Shown piece by piece: positions 1-12,764 of a stretch of 64,000 bases of DNA. The notes under the pieces were generated by a model. The model was given only the letters and a program-made list of their open reading frames with translations. It made no database searches and was not told the origin of the DNA. Position 1 is the stretch's first letter, and every line of letters starts with the position of its first letter. Source of the DNA: the human T2T-CHM13v2.0 reference genome, Homo sapiens; assembly GCF_009914755.1 (NCBI RefSeq), contig NC_060936.1; one strand, 5' to 3'. A program made the position numbers and the translations under genes.

Positions 1-279
1 CCCTGTATACTCACAAACATGCTGTTTTTCTCCCCAAACCCTTAAACAAATGGGCCAGGATGTGAGAAAGGCATTGCCCTGCACTTCTCTCTTCCCCCTT
101 CCTAACCTCCACCCCCCCAACAACTTTGATGCTCATGCCATCAGATTATATTAGCCACTATTCCTTTGGCTGTTGTCATCTACTGACCCTGGTGTCAGTT
201 TCCCTCATATCCAGACAATGTTCTGGCACTGGCACACTGTCACTTTCTTTGTTGTTACTGTTGTCTCAATTCTTGGTTG

Positions 280-437
280 CAGGGACAGCTACATAATTTG
301 TAGGGCTCACTGCAAAATGTTAAAAATTATTAAGAATTTCAGGACAGCAGCAACAGAGTGTTAAACCAAGCAGAGGGCCTTCTGAGCATGGGGTCCCAAA
401 TGACTACATAGGTTGCATGCCCATGAAGCTGGCCCTG
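280..437 (-). mobile_element. MER91A-like hAT-Tip100 MITE, internally deleted
   Basis: CAGGG...CCCTG termini with a perfect 8-bp TSD CTTGGTTG (272-279 and 438-445). Reverse-complement similarity to the copy at 46747-46936. Confidence 0.75.
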
Positions 438-2904
438 CTTGGTTGAAAACCATTATTCACATTCTTTCTGATTCTCACGGATAAAGGAGCTTCTGACCCC
501 TCCCTGTGAGTGGGGAGTATTGAAGTAAATGCTTTCTGCCTCTTTCTCCACCCATGGCACATTGTTCCTGGGAAGAGAGGAGCAGCGATACTAACTAGTA
601 AGAGTCTAATCCACTGGACCACATTTCATCAGTGGGAATGGTTAATGTGCTAAAGGCAACTGCTCTTGCCTCTTCCTTGTTGTTTCTTATGGCTAGGCTT
701 AGGAAATCACCTCTCACTTTGTTTTCATACAATGAACTAGGTGTATGCTCCTTGTCCCAACATTTCGGGCCAATAGTTTGGGCCCAACATCCTCCATTCA
801 TTGGGGAAGGTTTATGATACCCGACCTTTGTCCTCAGGTTCAAGCCCTGATTGCCAGCACAGTTTACCCAACCATCCTGTGTATTGACAGCTATTGGGTA
901 TTACTCACCTAGTCTATAAATAAGTGGACACTTTGATCTCCATGTGGCTCCTACTTCTTTGCACCTATTTCTGTTACTTAATAGAACACACAAGCCTGCA
1001 ATACCACACTTCCAATTTGGGTTTCTTAATGATGAATTATTGTTCTGAAACATGGCCAGATGGTTCCCCAATTTCTGTTTCCCTTCTGGCTAAAATCATT
1101 TTCCTTTAAGACTTGAATTAAAAAAAAAAAACATGTCTGCTCACATTTATAGTTTTAGACCTTCTTCCTATCTATGACTGGCAGGGAAAACAATTTTGGC
1201 AGAGGTGACCATGAATTGACCCCCTTTGTTTCTGACAACCTCAGGGAAGGAAAAACATGACTGATAATAAGAGGTGGTTGCTGCAGGGCCAGCCCAGATG
1301 ACAGTCTCAGTCAAGCAATGACTTCGGTCTCAGGGTCTTTTATGACAAGTAATGTTATCTGAGTAAGCAGGAAGGACAACAGCAGCAGTTTGTATTTTTA
1401 GAAATGAAGACATTTTCTGTGTTATCATTCCCTAATGCCCCAGCATATTTCCTCTGCCTAGATTGAGGGACTTTAAGGAATCTGTCCTGCGTTTAGTCTC
1501 GGGATATTGTTTAGGTGGTGGTTCATGATATCACATAGAGTCTTCTATGTGGATGTAGGTGAGAGATTTCTTTCTGGTATTAAAACAATAGTAACTATGC
1601 TCCTTACACATGCCATGTTTGTTTTTATATTCTGGACACTGAGAATCTCTTTATATTGGTCACAAGAAAACAAAGCTTTAAAATCTGTGTCCCACCTCTG
1701 GCAAATGTAAGAGTCCCACACTGTGTAAGTGAATTTAATTCTGTCTTTATCCTTCTTTTTTTCCTTATTATTCCCCTTTTCTAATCTTGTACTTCTTACT
1801 TTAGATTTTATACCATGTGGTATCATTTCAAAAACAAGTCACTTTAAATTCTTACTAGCATAGGGAAGAGAAAGATATGTATAAATAAAGAGAAAAGGAA
1901 TTATGAAACACAGCACATGATCATTTGATCTTTATACGTAGTATAGCCAAGAAATTTAAATCAAATTTAAAATCATGTAGATATGGTATGAGGCACTGGA
2001 AATTCAAATTTTTAATCCCAGGATCCATCACTTGTCATTTCTGTGTGGCCTTGTAAATGTCTCATAAATACAGATTTCTGCTCTGAAAAAAATTTAGGAA
2101 CTTGACCCGGTGTTCAGAGGCAATTTGTGAGGACTAATTTGTTCATGTGAGGCATAAATTTTAAAACTTGGATTCATGGAAAGGAAATTAGTAATGTTAA
2201 CTACATCTTTGGGAGACAGGCAGGCTGGTGCTCCATGCAGAACCATAAGGTGAATATTAAATCTGCCCCAGTATGGGTCCCCCAACTGTGATACATGTCA
2301 TTTACCTCCAGCTAAAGCCATGTTGGAATTACTAGTCGCGCCAGTGCTGGGGCTTTTTTGACTTACAAATTTACAATGAGTTTCACTAAAGTATTTTGTT
2401 TTAATTTTTAGCTCTACTCCAAAGGTATCATTTCACAACATAACAATGCACCCCCTGATTCTAACCACTCTACTTAAATAGACAGGGGATGTTCACCCAC
2501 ATTTTGTCTGAAACCACTGCTTTTCCATTAGCTGTCAACAAGAGACGATCTCTGTTCCAAGTAAAATGAAGTCATTATCGTTGATGCTCCAGCTTTTCTT
2601 TCATCTTATGGCCTCCAGGGCATTAAGATAATGATTCTGCTTCCTTCTTTCCAGAAGAGTAGTGATGCCCACTCTGTTTCACTTGCCATTTAAATTTTTG
2701 GCTGCATCAACTTTAACCTGTTTAACTTTTTGTATCTTAGCTCAGCAAGGGTAATATAGTTCTGTTTAAAATATAACATGCAGAAACCAGAACAGTAGAT
2801 GTCATACATACAGCAGGTTCTTTTTCTTGATAGCAAACTTACCCATCTACTCATGTGAATTCTTTGTGTATTAATTAAATTCCTAGAAAGTGAATTAAGG
2901 ACTA

Positions 2905-3235
2905 TGCTATGGACTGAACGTTTGGGTACCCCTGCAAAACTGGAATGCTTGAGCATTGAAATGCTCAAGCCTGAATCTTCAACATGATGGAATTTGAAGG
3001 CGGGGCCTTTTGGAGGTAATTAGAGTTAGATTAGGTCATGAGGGTGGAGTCCTCATGAAGTGATTAATGTTCTCATACAAAGAAGAAACACAAGATCTCA
3101 ATTTCTTGTTCTCTCTCTCCCACTCCTCCGTCCACCACAGGCATGCAGCAAGAGGCCATCTGCAATCATGAGAAATTAATGTTTGTTCTTTAAGCCACAT
3201 AGTATACGATATTTTGTTGTAGCAACATAGACCAG
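2905..3235 (+). mobile_element. MaLR solo LTR (MLT1A/MST-type)
   Basis: Starts TGCTATGGACTGAACGTTTG; contains GGGGCCTTTTGGAGGTAATTAG...GTCATGAGGGTGGAG and ends TTTAAGCCAC...TTTTGTTGTAGCA. Confidence 0.75.
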
Positions 3236-3759
3236 ATTTGCTTATTTAAGACTTATGTAAGGATCAGGGAATCCTGGAAGGGTCAAATATGGTAACTCTA
3301 TTTGCTCATGTATGCAGAACTCCACCAACTGAAGGCAGTCTAATCTGGATCATTTGGTTTCCTGTGACAGCATCATGTAAACAGTGGTCTTTAACATATG
3401 GGCTTTATGATATTTAGGAAACCAGAACGACGAAATATGTATACCCTCATTATTTCTCAAAAAATCTTTAGCACTCTAGTAATAAATATAATATCTTGGT
3501 CTTCATTTTTACAAGGACTGAAATAAATTTCCATAAGTTAGTATTCTATTAATGATTTATTAAATCACAACAATGAGTACAATTTTTTCCAGTGATGTTC
3601 TCACCAAGTTTCTTATAGTATACTCTGGTGTGCTGCTTCATTTGGATTAAATATGTTTTGATTATTTCACTCATCTTCTGCATATGTTCTCAATTAATAT
3701 GTGTTTCAATGAGTTTAGAGTAAATATGCAGATTGGGAGGAGTAAAGTAAATATTAGGA

Positions 3760-3970
3760 GGCAACTTAACTGACTTGTTAACTTCATAGCTCTGTTGACT
3801 TTGGACAAGCATCTTTCTTTATAGATTGATTTTTTTTTAACCCACAAAACATAGATAATCATCCTTATACTCCAAATCCATGGTAAGTTTAAGGGAGATG
3901 ATCTATGTAAAACATATAACACAGCATTTGGGGTATCATATGGACTCAATATTTGGTAATAATTATTAAT
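3760..3970 (+). mobile_element. MIR SINE fragment
   Basis: TGACTTTGGACAAG...GATGATCTATGTAAAACATATAACACAG...ACTCAATA resembles the MIR core and 3' region. Confidence 0.5.
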
Positions 3971-4361
3971 CATCTTAGTGTAATAAAGAAAAACAATGTT
4001 CTATAAACTGATAACTCCATTACAAGTTCTGCATACCACTTAAATGATATGTTTGTATCATTGCCTAAAAACTTTATTGCTTTATCTTTTATACTTAGAT
4101 CTACAACTCATATGGAATGGTATGGTGTGCAGTAAGAGGTCAAGAGTCAAGTTTTCCTTGTATGGATTCAAGGTTTTCTCGTACAATTGACATACTAACA
4201 TTTATTTAAATACCTATCCTTTCTCCACTGATATGCATTACTACATATTTTTTATAAATATTCATATGTATGTTGGTCTGTTCCTTGGCTCTTTATTCTG
4301 TTCTGTGTAGCTTTCTACAGACAGTATGACACGGTCTTCTTGTAGTTTTATTATAGCTCTT

Positions 4362-4658
4362 TGTTTTTTTTGTTTTTTTTTTTGAGATGGAGTTTCGCTC
4401 TTGTTGCCCATGCTGGAGTGAAATGGTGTGATCTAGGCTCATTGCAACCTCTGCCTCCCGGTTTCAAGCACTTCTCCTGCCTCAGCCTCCCAAGTAGCTG
4501 AGATTACAGGGCCATGCCACCACACCTGGCTAATTTTTAGTAGGGATGGGGTTTCACCATGTTGGTCAGGCTGGTCTCGATCTTCTGACCTCAGGTGATT
4601 CACTTGCCTTAGCCTCCCAAAGTGCCAGGATTACAGGTGTGAGCCACTGTGCCCAGCC
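4362..4658 (-). mobile_element. AluS (Sq/Sp-like) SINE
   Basis: Poly-T followed by GAGATGGAGTTTCGCTCTTGTTGCCCA; dimeric Alu. Degenerate TSD TATTATAGCTCTT (4349-4361) / TATTATAATTCTT (4661-4673). Small deletion in the middle A-rich linker. Confidence 0.95.
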
Positions 4659-5134
4659 CCTATTATAATTCTTGATATCTGGGAGTGTAAATTTCCAACT
4701 TCATTTTTCTTCTTCAAGAAAAAATATAACTTCGGTATTTCTGGCCTATGGTATTTTCATATAAAGTTTAAAACCAACTAGTAGATTTCCACAAAAATAT
4801 CTGCTAGAATTTTAATTTGGATAGCATTGAATCTATACGTAAATTTGAGGAGAATTATGATGACAATATTGAGTATTCCCACTCATATAATATATCCCTG
4901 TATTTATTTAGGTCTCCTATAGTTTTCCTAATAATTTTACATAGTTATTTATATAAAGGTTTTGCACATTTATTGTTACATTTATTTATAGGTATTTGAT
5001 ACTATTGTAAGTTATATTATTTTAAAAAATTTTAATATTTGTCACATTTATGTAGAAATACAATTGACTTTTATATATTGACTTAGTTTCTAGTGAGCTT
5101 ATTACATTCATTTATTAAATTAATAGTATATATA

Positions 5135-5420
<286 letters not shown>

Positions 5421-5709
5421 TAATATTCTTTTGAATTTTCTGTACATATAATCATGTTTTCTGTAAATAATGGCAGTTATATTTTTTCCCTTTTAGTTCT
5501 TAATTCTTTTTCCTTGTCTTAATTTACTTGCTACAACCTCCACTGCAGATAAATAGAAGTGGTTATAGCAGTCAACTTTGTCTCATTCTTCTACAAACTT
5601 TCTATATGTCACCATTAAATATGACATTTGCTTTAAGATTTTTGTAGCTACTCTTAAAGATATTCTATTCTTAATTTGCTGGGTTTTTTTAAAAACACGA
5701 ATAGATATT

Positions 5710-6273
5710 TTTTTCTTTCTTTTTTTTAAATTATACTTTAAGTTTTAGGGTACATGTGCACATTGTGCAGGTTAGTTACATATGTATACATGTGCCATGC
5801 CGGTGCGCTGCACCCACCAACCCGTCATCTAGCATTAGGTATATCTCCCGATGCTATCCCTCTCCCCTCCCCCCACCCCACCACAGTCCCCAGAGTGTGA
5901 TATTCCCCTTCCTGTGTCCATGTGATCTCATTGTTCAATTCGCACCTATGAGTGAGAATATGCAGTGTTTGGTTTTTTGTTCTTGCGATAGTTTACTGAG
6001 AATGATGATTTCCAATTTCATCCATGTCCCTACAAAGGACATGAACTCATCATTTTTTATGGCTGCATAGTATTCCATGGTGTATATGTGCCACATTTTC
6101 TTAATCCAGTCTATCATTGTTGGACATTTGGGTTGGTTCCAAGTCTTTGTTATTGTGAATAATGCAGCAATAAACATACGTGTGCATGTGTTTTTATAGC
6201 AGCATGATTTATAGTCCTTTGGGTATATACCCAGTAATGGGATGGCTGGGTCAAATGGTATTTCCAGTTCTAG
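5710..6273 (-). mobile_element. Young 5'-truncated LINE-1 (L1PA2-like): 3' UTR plus ORF2 C-terminus
   Basis: Near-consensus L1 3' end (TTATACTTTAAGTTTTAGGGTACATGTGCAC...). ORF 5935-6279(-) is the ORF2p C-terminus (LEIPFDPAIPLLGIYPKDYKSCCYK...WNQPKCP). Perfect 17-bp TSD AAACACGAATAGATATT at 5693-5709 and 6274-6290. Confidence 0.97.
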
Positions 6274-6899
6274 AAACACGAATAGATATTAAATTTTGTG
6301 AAATGCTTTCTCTGCATATGTGAAGATAATAATCACATGATTTTTCTCCTATATTCTGTTATTCTGTTGAATTACACTGATTGGTTGCCTAATATAAAAC
6401 TCAGCATTTCACTCTTAGAGTAAGTCCAACTGGGTAATGATGTATTATCATTTTTATTTATTGCTAGACTCGCTTTGCTAACATTTTGTTTTAGGATTTT
6501 TACATTTTGGCTGACAAGAGAATATAACTTCTACCTTGCTTTCTTGTATATTCTTGTTGGGTTTTGGTGTCAGAGTTCTTCTAAATTCAAAATATGAGTT
6601 GGGAAGTATTTTCATTTCTTATGATCTGAAAAATTCATGAAGATTGGTGTTATTTTATCTTAAATGCTTGGAAAAATTAGTTGACTCTGGGACTTCATGA
6701 ATGTATTCATTTTTTAGAATTAGGATATAGAATTTAGGATATAGCATTTCCTCATTTGATTTTATTTTTGACACAGATTTATTATTAATCAAACAAAGCA
6801 GAGGATTTATAAACATAGATATAGAATGTTTAAGGTGAAAATGAGTGGGGATATTTCTAGAACTTGCTTAGGAATACATATGTATGTGTATGGAAACTT

Positions 6900-7340
6900 A
6901 TTCATAAATTTATTAATTTATTCAATCAAAATTAGAGGGCCTGCTATGGATCCAGGATCTGAAGACTCATTGGTGATTTTTGATCAAGGATATGAAATGT
7001 ACTGAGGTATTGGTGGTAACAGTGGTTAGCATAGCTGCCTTCCAAGGATGTGAAGTGCTAAAATGATAGTTGATGCAGGTTAACTTAATGGTAGTATGCC
7101 CAAAGAATTGGGAGGGACAGAAACTAGAGGCAGGAGGACCAGTGGGAGGCTATTGCCATAACTTAGTCATAAAGTACAGAGTACTCGACTTCAGATAAAA
7201 ATTGTAGAAATAATTAGGCAGAGAGAAAGTTGGTAAAGGAAGAAGCAATAAGATTTGTTGACTGATTGAAAGTCAAGGATGAGAAAGGAAAAGATTACAA
7301 CCTGACAAGAAGTTTTAAGTCTGGATGATAAGAAACCAAG
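6900..7340 (-). mobile_element. L2 LINE fragment hosting the tRNA-half retrocopy
   Basis: TTTATTCAATCAAA...GGCCTGCTATG start, followed by AGAGGCAGGAGGACCAGTGGGAGGCTATTG, typical of antisense L2. Confidence 0.55.
7007..7046 (+). pseudogene. 5'-half tRNA-Gly(TCC) retro-pseudogene (tailless)
   Basis: GTATTGGTGGTAACAGTGGTTAGCATAGCTGCCTTCCAAG matches the first ~39 nt of tRNA-Gly-TCC (GCGTTGGTGGTATAGTGGTTAGCATAGCTGCCTTCCAAG) and ends just after the anticodon. Flanked by CAAGGATATGAAATG (6985-6999) / CAAGGATGTGAAGTG (7043-7057). Confidence 0.85.
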
Positions 7341-8189
7341 AAGGTAAAAGGGAGTATCCAAGAGATGATAGAAATCTCTTTAATGGGGACATATATTTCT
7401 CAATTCTCATAAAGTAGAAGGTTCTTATCAAACCCCAATCTCTGCATTTCCTTGCTGTGTATTTGTTTCAGGGCCTTGGTATCAGAGTTGCAATTTCAGT
7501 CTCCTAACCTGGGTCATTGTAACAACATCCAGCAGGGAAACTGTGCATTTTAATAAAAAACAGGTGGGCAAGACTGTGTTAGAAGGCAATTACCCTTTCC
7601 ACTGTCATCTACTCTACTCTGCCGGTATTTAATTCTGAGCTTCACAAGCAGAAATCATTAGTAGCTTATCTCCCTCACATGTCTGTGCAAAGGAAGAAAA
7701 ACTGATAAAAATTTAAAATTGTGTGGGCTTATAGTAACTATCTTTGGAATAGATAATTATAATTCACATAACAGAACGAACATATTAAAATGTAATTGTG
7801 AATGGGGATAAATGTGTTGAAAATAAATCTATTCATCTGGAACATAGTATTATCATGAGAGAAAATAATAAAGAGTAACAGATTTAGGCTATATTCAATA
7901 TCTAAATTTGTTCACTTGAGGCATAAATATTGACCAATGATAAATTCATGTCAATATTTAGTGTGCTGTATATTTTGATATCAGTTGTTTAAAAAGTAAT
8001 TTACTGCATTGGATATCACATCTTTTTGAAGGTGTCATACCAATATGTAAAGAGAAAAGCTGCAAAAATTTGGTCTACAATGAATTCACCACTTATACAG
8101 TAATGAACATTTTCTAATCCACAAGACACTGTGGTGTCCACCCCACTTCACAGGAAGTTTGCATAAACTAGTTCGATTGAAAATAATAA

Positions 8190-8400
8190 GAGCTTCTGTT
8201 TATTCAGTGTTTACTACCGTACCTAGTACTCTCCATGGTCACTTCATTTAATCCTCATAGATATCTGATTTGTCATTTAAGGAAGCAGAGACTTGGCAAG
8301 CCTCCACAACTTTCCCGTGGTCTCATATTGGAATGTAGGAGAGAAAAGATAAAAACTGAAGTCTTCTAGACTTTAGAGCCTACATTCTCACTACTGTCAC
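8190..8400 (-). mobile_element. MIR SINE fragment
   Basis: TTCATTTAATCCTCA...GGAAGCAGAGACTT...TCTAGACTTTAGAGCC matches the antisense MIR pattern. Confidence 0.55.
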
Positions 8401-9100
8401 TTGCATGCCATAGCCATCTCTCTATTTGGTCATTTTTTAAAATTAACATTTATTTTTCTTGTCTTCATAATAAGGCTATAGACTTCCTGAAGGTGGGAAC
8501 ATGTCTTCTTCATCTATGTTGAGGTGTTGATTTTGGGTATTAGAAAGTTATGGCCCAATCTGTGTATCTTCTGTGAATTCATAAATGTCTGACATTCTTA
8601 GAGGAATAAGGGAGTAGGCCATTACTCACTGGAAGATGTCTATGACCACGAGTGGCCAAGACTCTTGGGAAGGTTCTCATTCTATGGGAAAGAAGAAGCT
8701 TTTGCAAGCTTGGCCCAAAGGCAATGATAGTGGAGAGACTATTTTGAGTATGTCAAGGGCTGTGTTACTTAGATTGTTCCTGACTCAGCACTGGTCAGGG
8801 CCACCTACTCTTTCCAGAAAGCTTTGGATGAAGAAAGTTGTAAGAAATCTGAGTGTTTCTTTTTGAATTCCTGAGAAACATGAAAGTATAGCTTAAAAAT
8901 GATAATAATAATAACGGTATTAGTTATTAGTAGTAATTCATTTTCCTACCTTGTAAAACAGGGATAACAATATCTCATAGTTTTGATTATAATTAAGTAT
9001 AAGTAAATGTCTATCACGTAACTTGGTATTTAATAAGTATTGAAATGTTAGCTATGATTATTTACTAAGTATATTCAACTTGGCAAATATTTTACATATT

Positions 9101-9486
9101 TACTATGGACTGAATGTTTGTGTCCTCTCCCAATTCATATATTAAAATTAATGTGATCATATTAGGAGATGGGGCCTTTGGGAGACAATTAGTTCATGAG
9201 GGTGGAGCCTTTATGAAGAGCATTTGTGCCTTTATGAGAAGAGACACAAGAGCTTGTTCTCTCTCTGCTCTGGGCCCTGTGAGAATATGACGAGAAGACA
9301 GCCATTTGCAAAGCAGAAGGCAGGCCCTCACCAGACACTGGATTTGCATACACCTTCATCTTGGATTTTGCTCCCTCCAGAACTGTGAGAAATAAAAATT
9401 TAACTCACAGCAAGTGACTTAATGATATTTTGAAATATCAGTCTATGATATTTTGTTATAGCAGCCTGAACCTACTGAGCTAATAT
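9101..9486 (+). mobile_element. MaLR solo LTR (MLT1A0-like)
   Basis: TACTATGGACTGAATGTTTGTGTCC...GCCCTCACCAGACACTGGA...CTCCAGAACTGTGAGAAATAAA...TTTTGTTATAGCAGCCTGAA. Confidence 0.85.
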
Positions 9487-10149
9487 ATTATCTCACTTAA
9501 TTCTCAAAACCACCCTGCAGAATACATGTCTTTGTTTTTGTGTTCCTGCTTATGCAGGAAACTGAGGTGGAGAGTGGTTAATTTATTAGAGTCCCACAAT
9601 CACCAATTGGCAGATGATTCCGTGGCTCTTGGCTATTTTCCCTCTATTTTTCTTAGTGCTGCTTTATGACTCTGGAGTGCAGCACGTGTGAGAGCGAGGA
9701 GTATTTTCTCCTCTCTGGAGAGTGGAATGAGGGAGAAACCACTTCCTATGGATGGCAGTGGATGTTGTAGCTTCACCCTGGTGCTTTTTCAATTTTGGGC
9801 CTGTGTTGGGAATAGCAAAGCTGCCGCCCTGCTGTCTTGTGGTTACTACTGGTCATGGGGAGAAAAAGTTGCCAGTGGTAAATGGAAGGTGACATTGGCG
9901 GCACATGTAAGACAACCCCTGGAGCTCTCCTGAATTACAAGGGATTTGAAAGGGGCCAGGACTTCCTAGAATTCTGCAGCTGAGATTGCTCTCAAGGGAA
10001 TATTGTTATTATGTACTATTGTGCATTTGCATTTGTAGCTGTGAACCTCATCCTGAGTCTAGGATACCCAAGGAGCTCAGGAAAAAGTTTGTTGAAAGGG
10101 CAATTGAATGGCACTTGAAAGAGGATCCAGCTTACATGTTGTGATCTGA

Positions 10150-10760
10150 AGCCTTATCCATCACATTCAGAACAGAAACAGAAGCCCCTTTAAATATTTT
10201 AAGTAGAGTATTCACTTTAATGGATAAGGGTCTTTCAAAATTGTTGGAAGGGCTGAACGAGTATGTTATAGACTGGCCTCTAGTTCTGATTCCTAGAACA
10301 AAACACAACTGACCTATTGTGGGAGATAATAGGAGCTGCTACCTCAGAGGCCACCCCTAGAACCATGCAGAATCAAGACCTTGATGCCGCTGTTTGCTGT
10401 CTAGCTTCAAGTGCCTCTCATGCACAGGAGGTTGAAGGGTGGACATCATCCCTGTGATCCAGGGCTTCGGAAGCCAGATCAGAAAGTGTTACTATTACTA
10501 CTAGCTCCAAAATTGCTTCTGAACACTCAGAAACCTGGAGAATGGACATTGGAATGCTGCTACAAAGATACATCATATTTCCACAGCCATACTGACCAGC
10601 AGAAACAAGGAGGCAGAAATATGGCCTCCATCTCACTTCCGCCTTTCAGTCTTGATGCGATGTGCATTTGACACAAATTGCAAGAGAGTCTGAAAAATGT
10701 GGCTTTCAGTTTTCCAGTATCTCCAAATAGAAGGAGGGGCAAATGGAGGTTGAGCAACAA
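10150..10760 (-). mobile_element. Ancient ERVL-class LTR (LTR33/LTR41-like)
   Basis: Degenerate motifs TTGTTGGAAGGGCTGAA and GCAAGAGAGTCTGAAAAATGTGGCTTT resemble this group. Confidence 0.4.
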
Positions 10761-10924
10761 ACTCATACTATCTAGGCCAAAGAGCCAGCCACTGAACTTT
10801 TCAGGCCCAATTTGTTCATCTAAAAATGAGGATAATAAGAATAGCACCTGTCACCAAAAGTTGTGATAAAGCAAGCTAAGAAAAAAGACTTATAAATTAT
10901 AAAATATATCAAATTAGATAGTGC

Positions 10925-11560
10925 TTATTCAGCTATGATCTGTGAATCATTTATCAATAAATACTTATATTTCAAGCATGGTTCTAGGTATATGGGATGG
11001 ATCAGTAAACAAAACAGACAAAATCCTTGCCCTGAAGAGCTTAACTTCTGGTGGGGAAAGAGCCATAACAAAACTAGTGATATTAAGAAAATTATATAGT
11101 ATTTTAGAAAAATAAATGTTATAGGGGGTGGGGAGGAAGAGCACATATGTGGAGGGCCAGGAGTCGGGGAGGCCGACTGCTGAGTTAAATAGGGTGGCAG
11201 GCAGGCTTCACTGGGAAGTAGAGCTCTAAGCAAAGGCTTGGAGAGGTGCAGGACTGAGGCACGGGAATGCTGGGTGGATAGAGGGAAGAATTCTAGCAAA
11301 GTGCCCAATGAGGCAGCATACCTGGCATGTTAAAAAAAATACATAGCATCAAGGAAGTCACATTAGGGAGAGCAAAAAGGAGAGCATACTAGGAGATGGA
11401 GCCAGAGGGTTCCCTGGAGCTGAGTCGCGCCAGGGCTTGTAGGCCACTGCAAGGACTTGAGTGCTTACTCTCAGTGAGGTGTGAAGTGCTTGGAGAGTTC
11501 TGTTCAGAAAGTACATGATCCCATTTATGTATTAAAGGTCCACCCTAGTTGTTGAGTTTG
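10925..11560 (-). mobile_element. L2a LINE 3' portion
   Basis: CATTTATCAATAAATACTTAT...CAGTAAACAAAACAGACAAAATCCTTGCCCT...GGCCACTGCAAGGACTT...CTCAGTGAG. Confidence 0.75.
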
Positions 11561-12764
11561 GAATAGAGAGACACTCACACACACACAGATACAGCTTATG
11601 TGCATCGTCATTAATGCATAATTTGTTCAACAAATATTTAAGAACCTGTATGTGCCAGACATGGTGCTGTGTGCTGGGGTACCATAGTCAGCAAGATTGA
11701 TGCCAGCTCCACGAGCAAGATTTAATTTATGGCAGGAACACAGGGTCCTGAGGGTGGGGGACATAGGGCCTGGAGCCACCACAGGGTTTGAGGATGTGCA
11801 GGGAGCATTGGGAAAGGGTGAAGACTGCTTCAGTAAAACTCTATAGCAGTAAGTCAAATACAGTCCCAGAGCTATTAAAATTTTCTGAAAAAAAGTATCC
11901 TATATATACGAATATGTTAAGCATACTTAAACCAAGTGACACATTTTGAATAGTGTCAAATTTGAATAATAGCTACACTTAGCAAATCACTGATGTTCAA
12001 TGGTGTGAACTGGAAAACTTATGGACTTCTCGCATGATTGTCATGAGGCTATGATGACATACGATTAACTGAAGAATAGAAATGAAATATTATATTTGTA
12101 TCCCATCAGGTGGTACAGAAGCACTCCTATAGCATTACCCATCTGCTATTATCACCATTCAGGTTTACTCTGCAATTGCCTAATTGTGTGATTTCTCCTC
12201 TTTCAGTAATCTTATCTTATAAGATTTTATCATGCACATTTACCCTGCTTTAGCCATTGAGATAATTATTATGTCTCAATATACTTGAGTAACAGCCGAC
12301 TCATCATCAACCCTCTCCCCTGTTTTTGGAGTTGCTTCGCAGGCATGTTCTTTTATTCTCTTTCCTACAACAATCTTTATTTTTAATGAAAAGCATAAAG
12401 GGCTTTATTAACTATTTTGTGTTTTACATCTTGGCACCAAATCACCCTCTTTCCACAGAAAACTTAATTTAGAACATCTAGATATAAGTAGCTTTTAAGG
12501 TATAAAGAACATAATGGATGATTATAAGACATTGCATATCAAATGACTGGGGTCATGGATGTTTAAAAGTTTATTTTTTTTTGTCCCATTTCCCTAATGT
12601 GAACTCCTCTGATTGGGCTAGATGAGGGTAGGCATGATTTTATTGTGGGAGCAGGTATCAGAACTAGAGGTTGTCACCTCTAGGCTTGAATAAAACAGTA
12701 AATATTTGGAGTACTGCTCATCAATGTATAGGCTCTGTTGAAGCACTCAAATCCTTATATATAT

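Noticed and set aside
500-900. Possible very old LINE (L4/RTE-X-like) coding remnants here and near 33400-33660 and 57400-57840
   Set aside because: The resemblance is too faint to support without an HMM search.
5935-6279. 114-aa ORF as a functional CDS
   Set aside because: It is the truncated L1 ORF2p C-terminus, and its start lies in the flanking TSD.
7007-7046. Functional tRNA gene
   Set aside because: Only the 5' half is present. There is no T-arm or B-box and no 3' acceptor strand.
7930-8130. Possible ancient conserved repeat (UCON/Eulor-like)
   Set aside because: An impression only; I could not verify termini or symmetry by eye.
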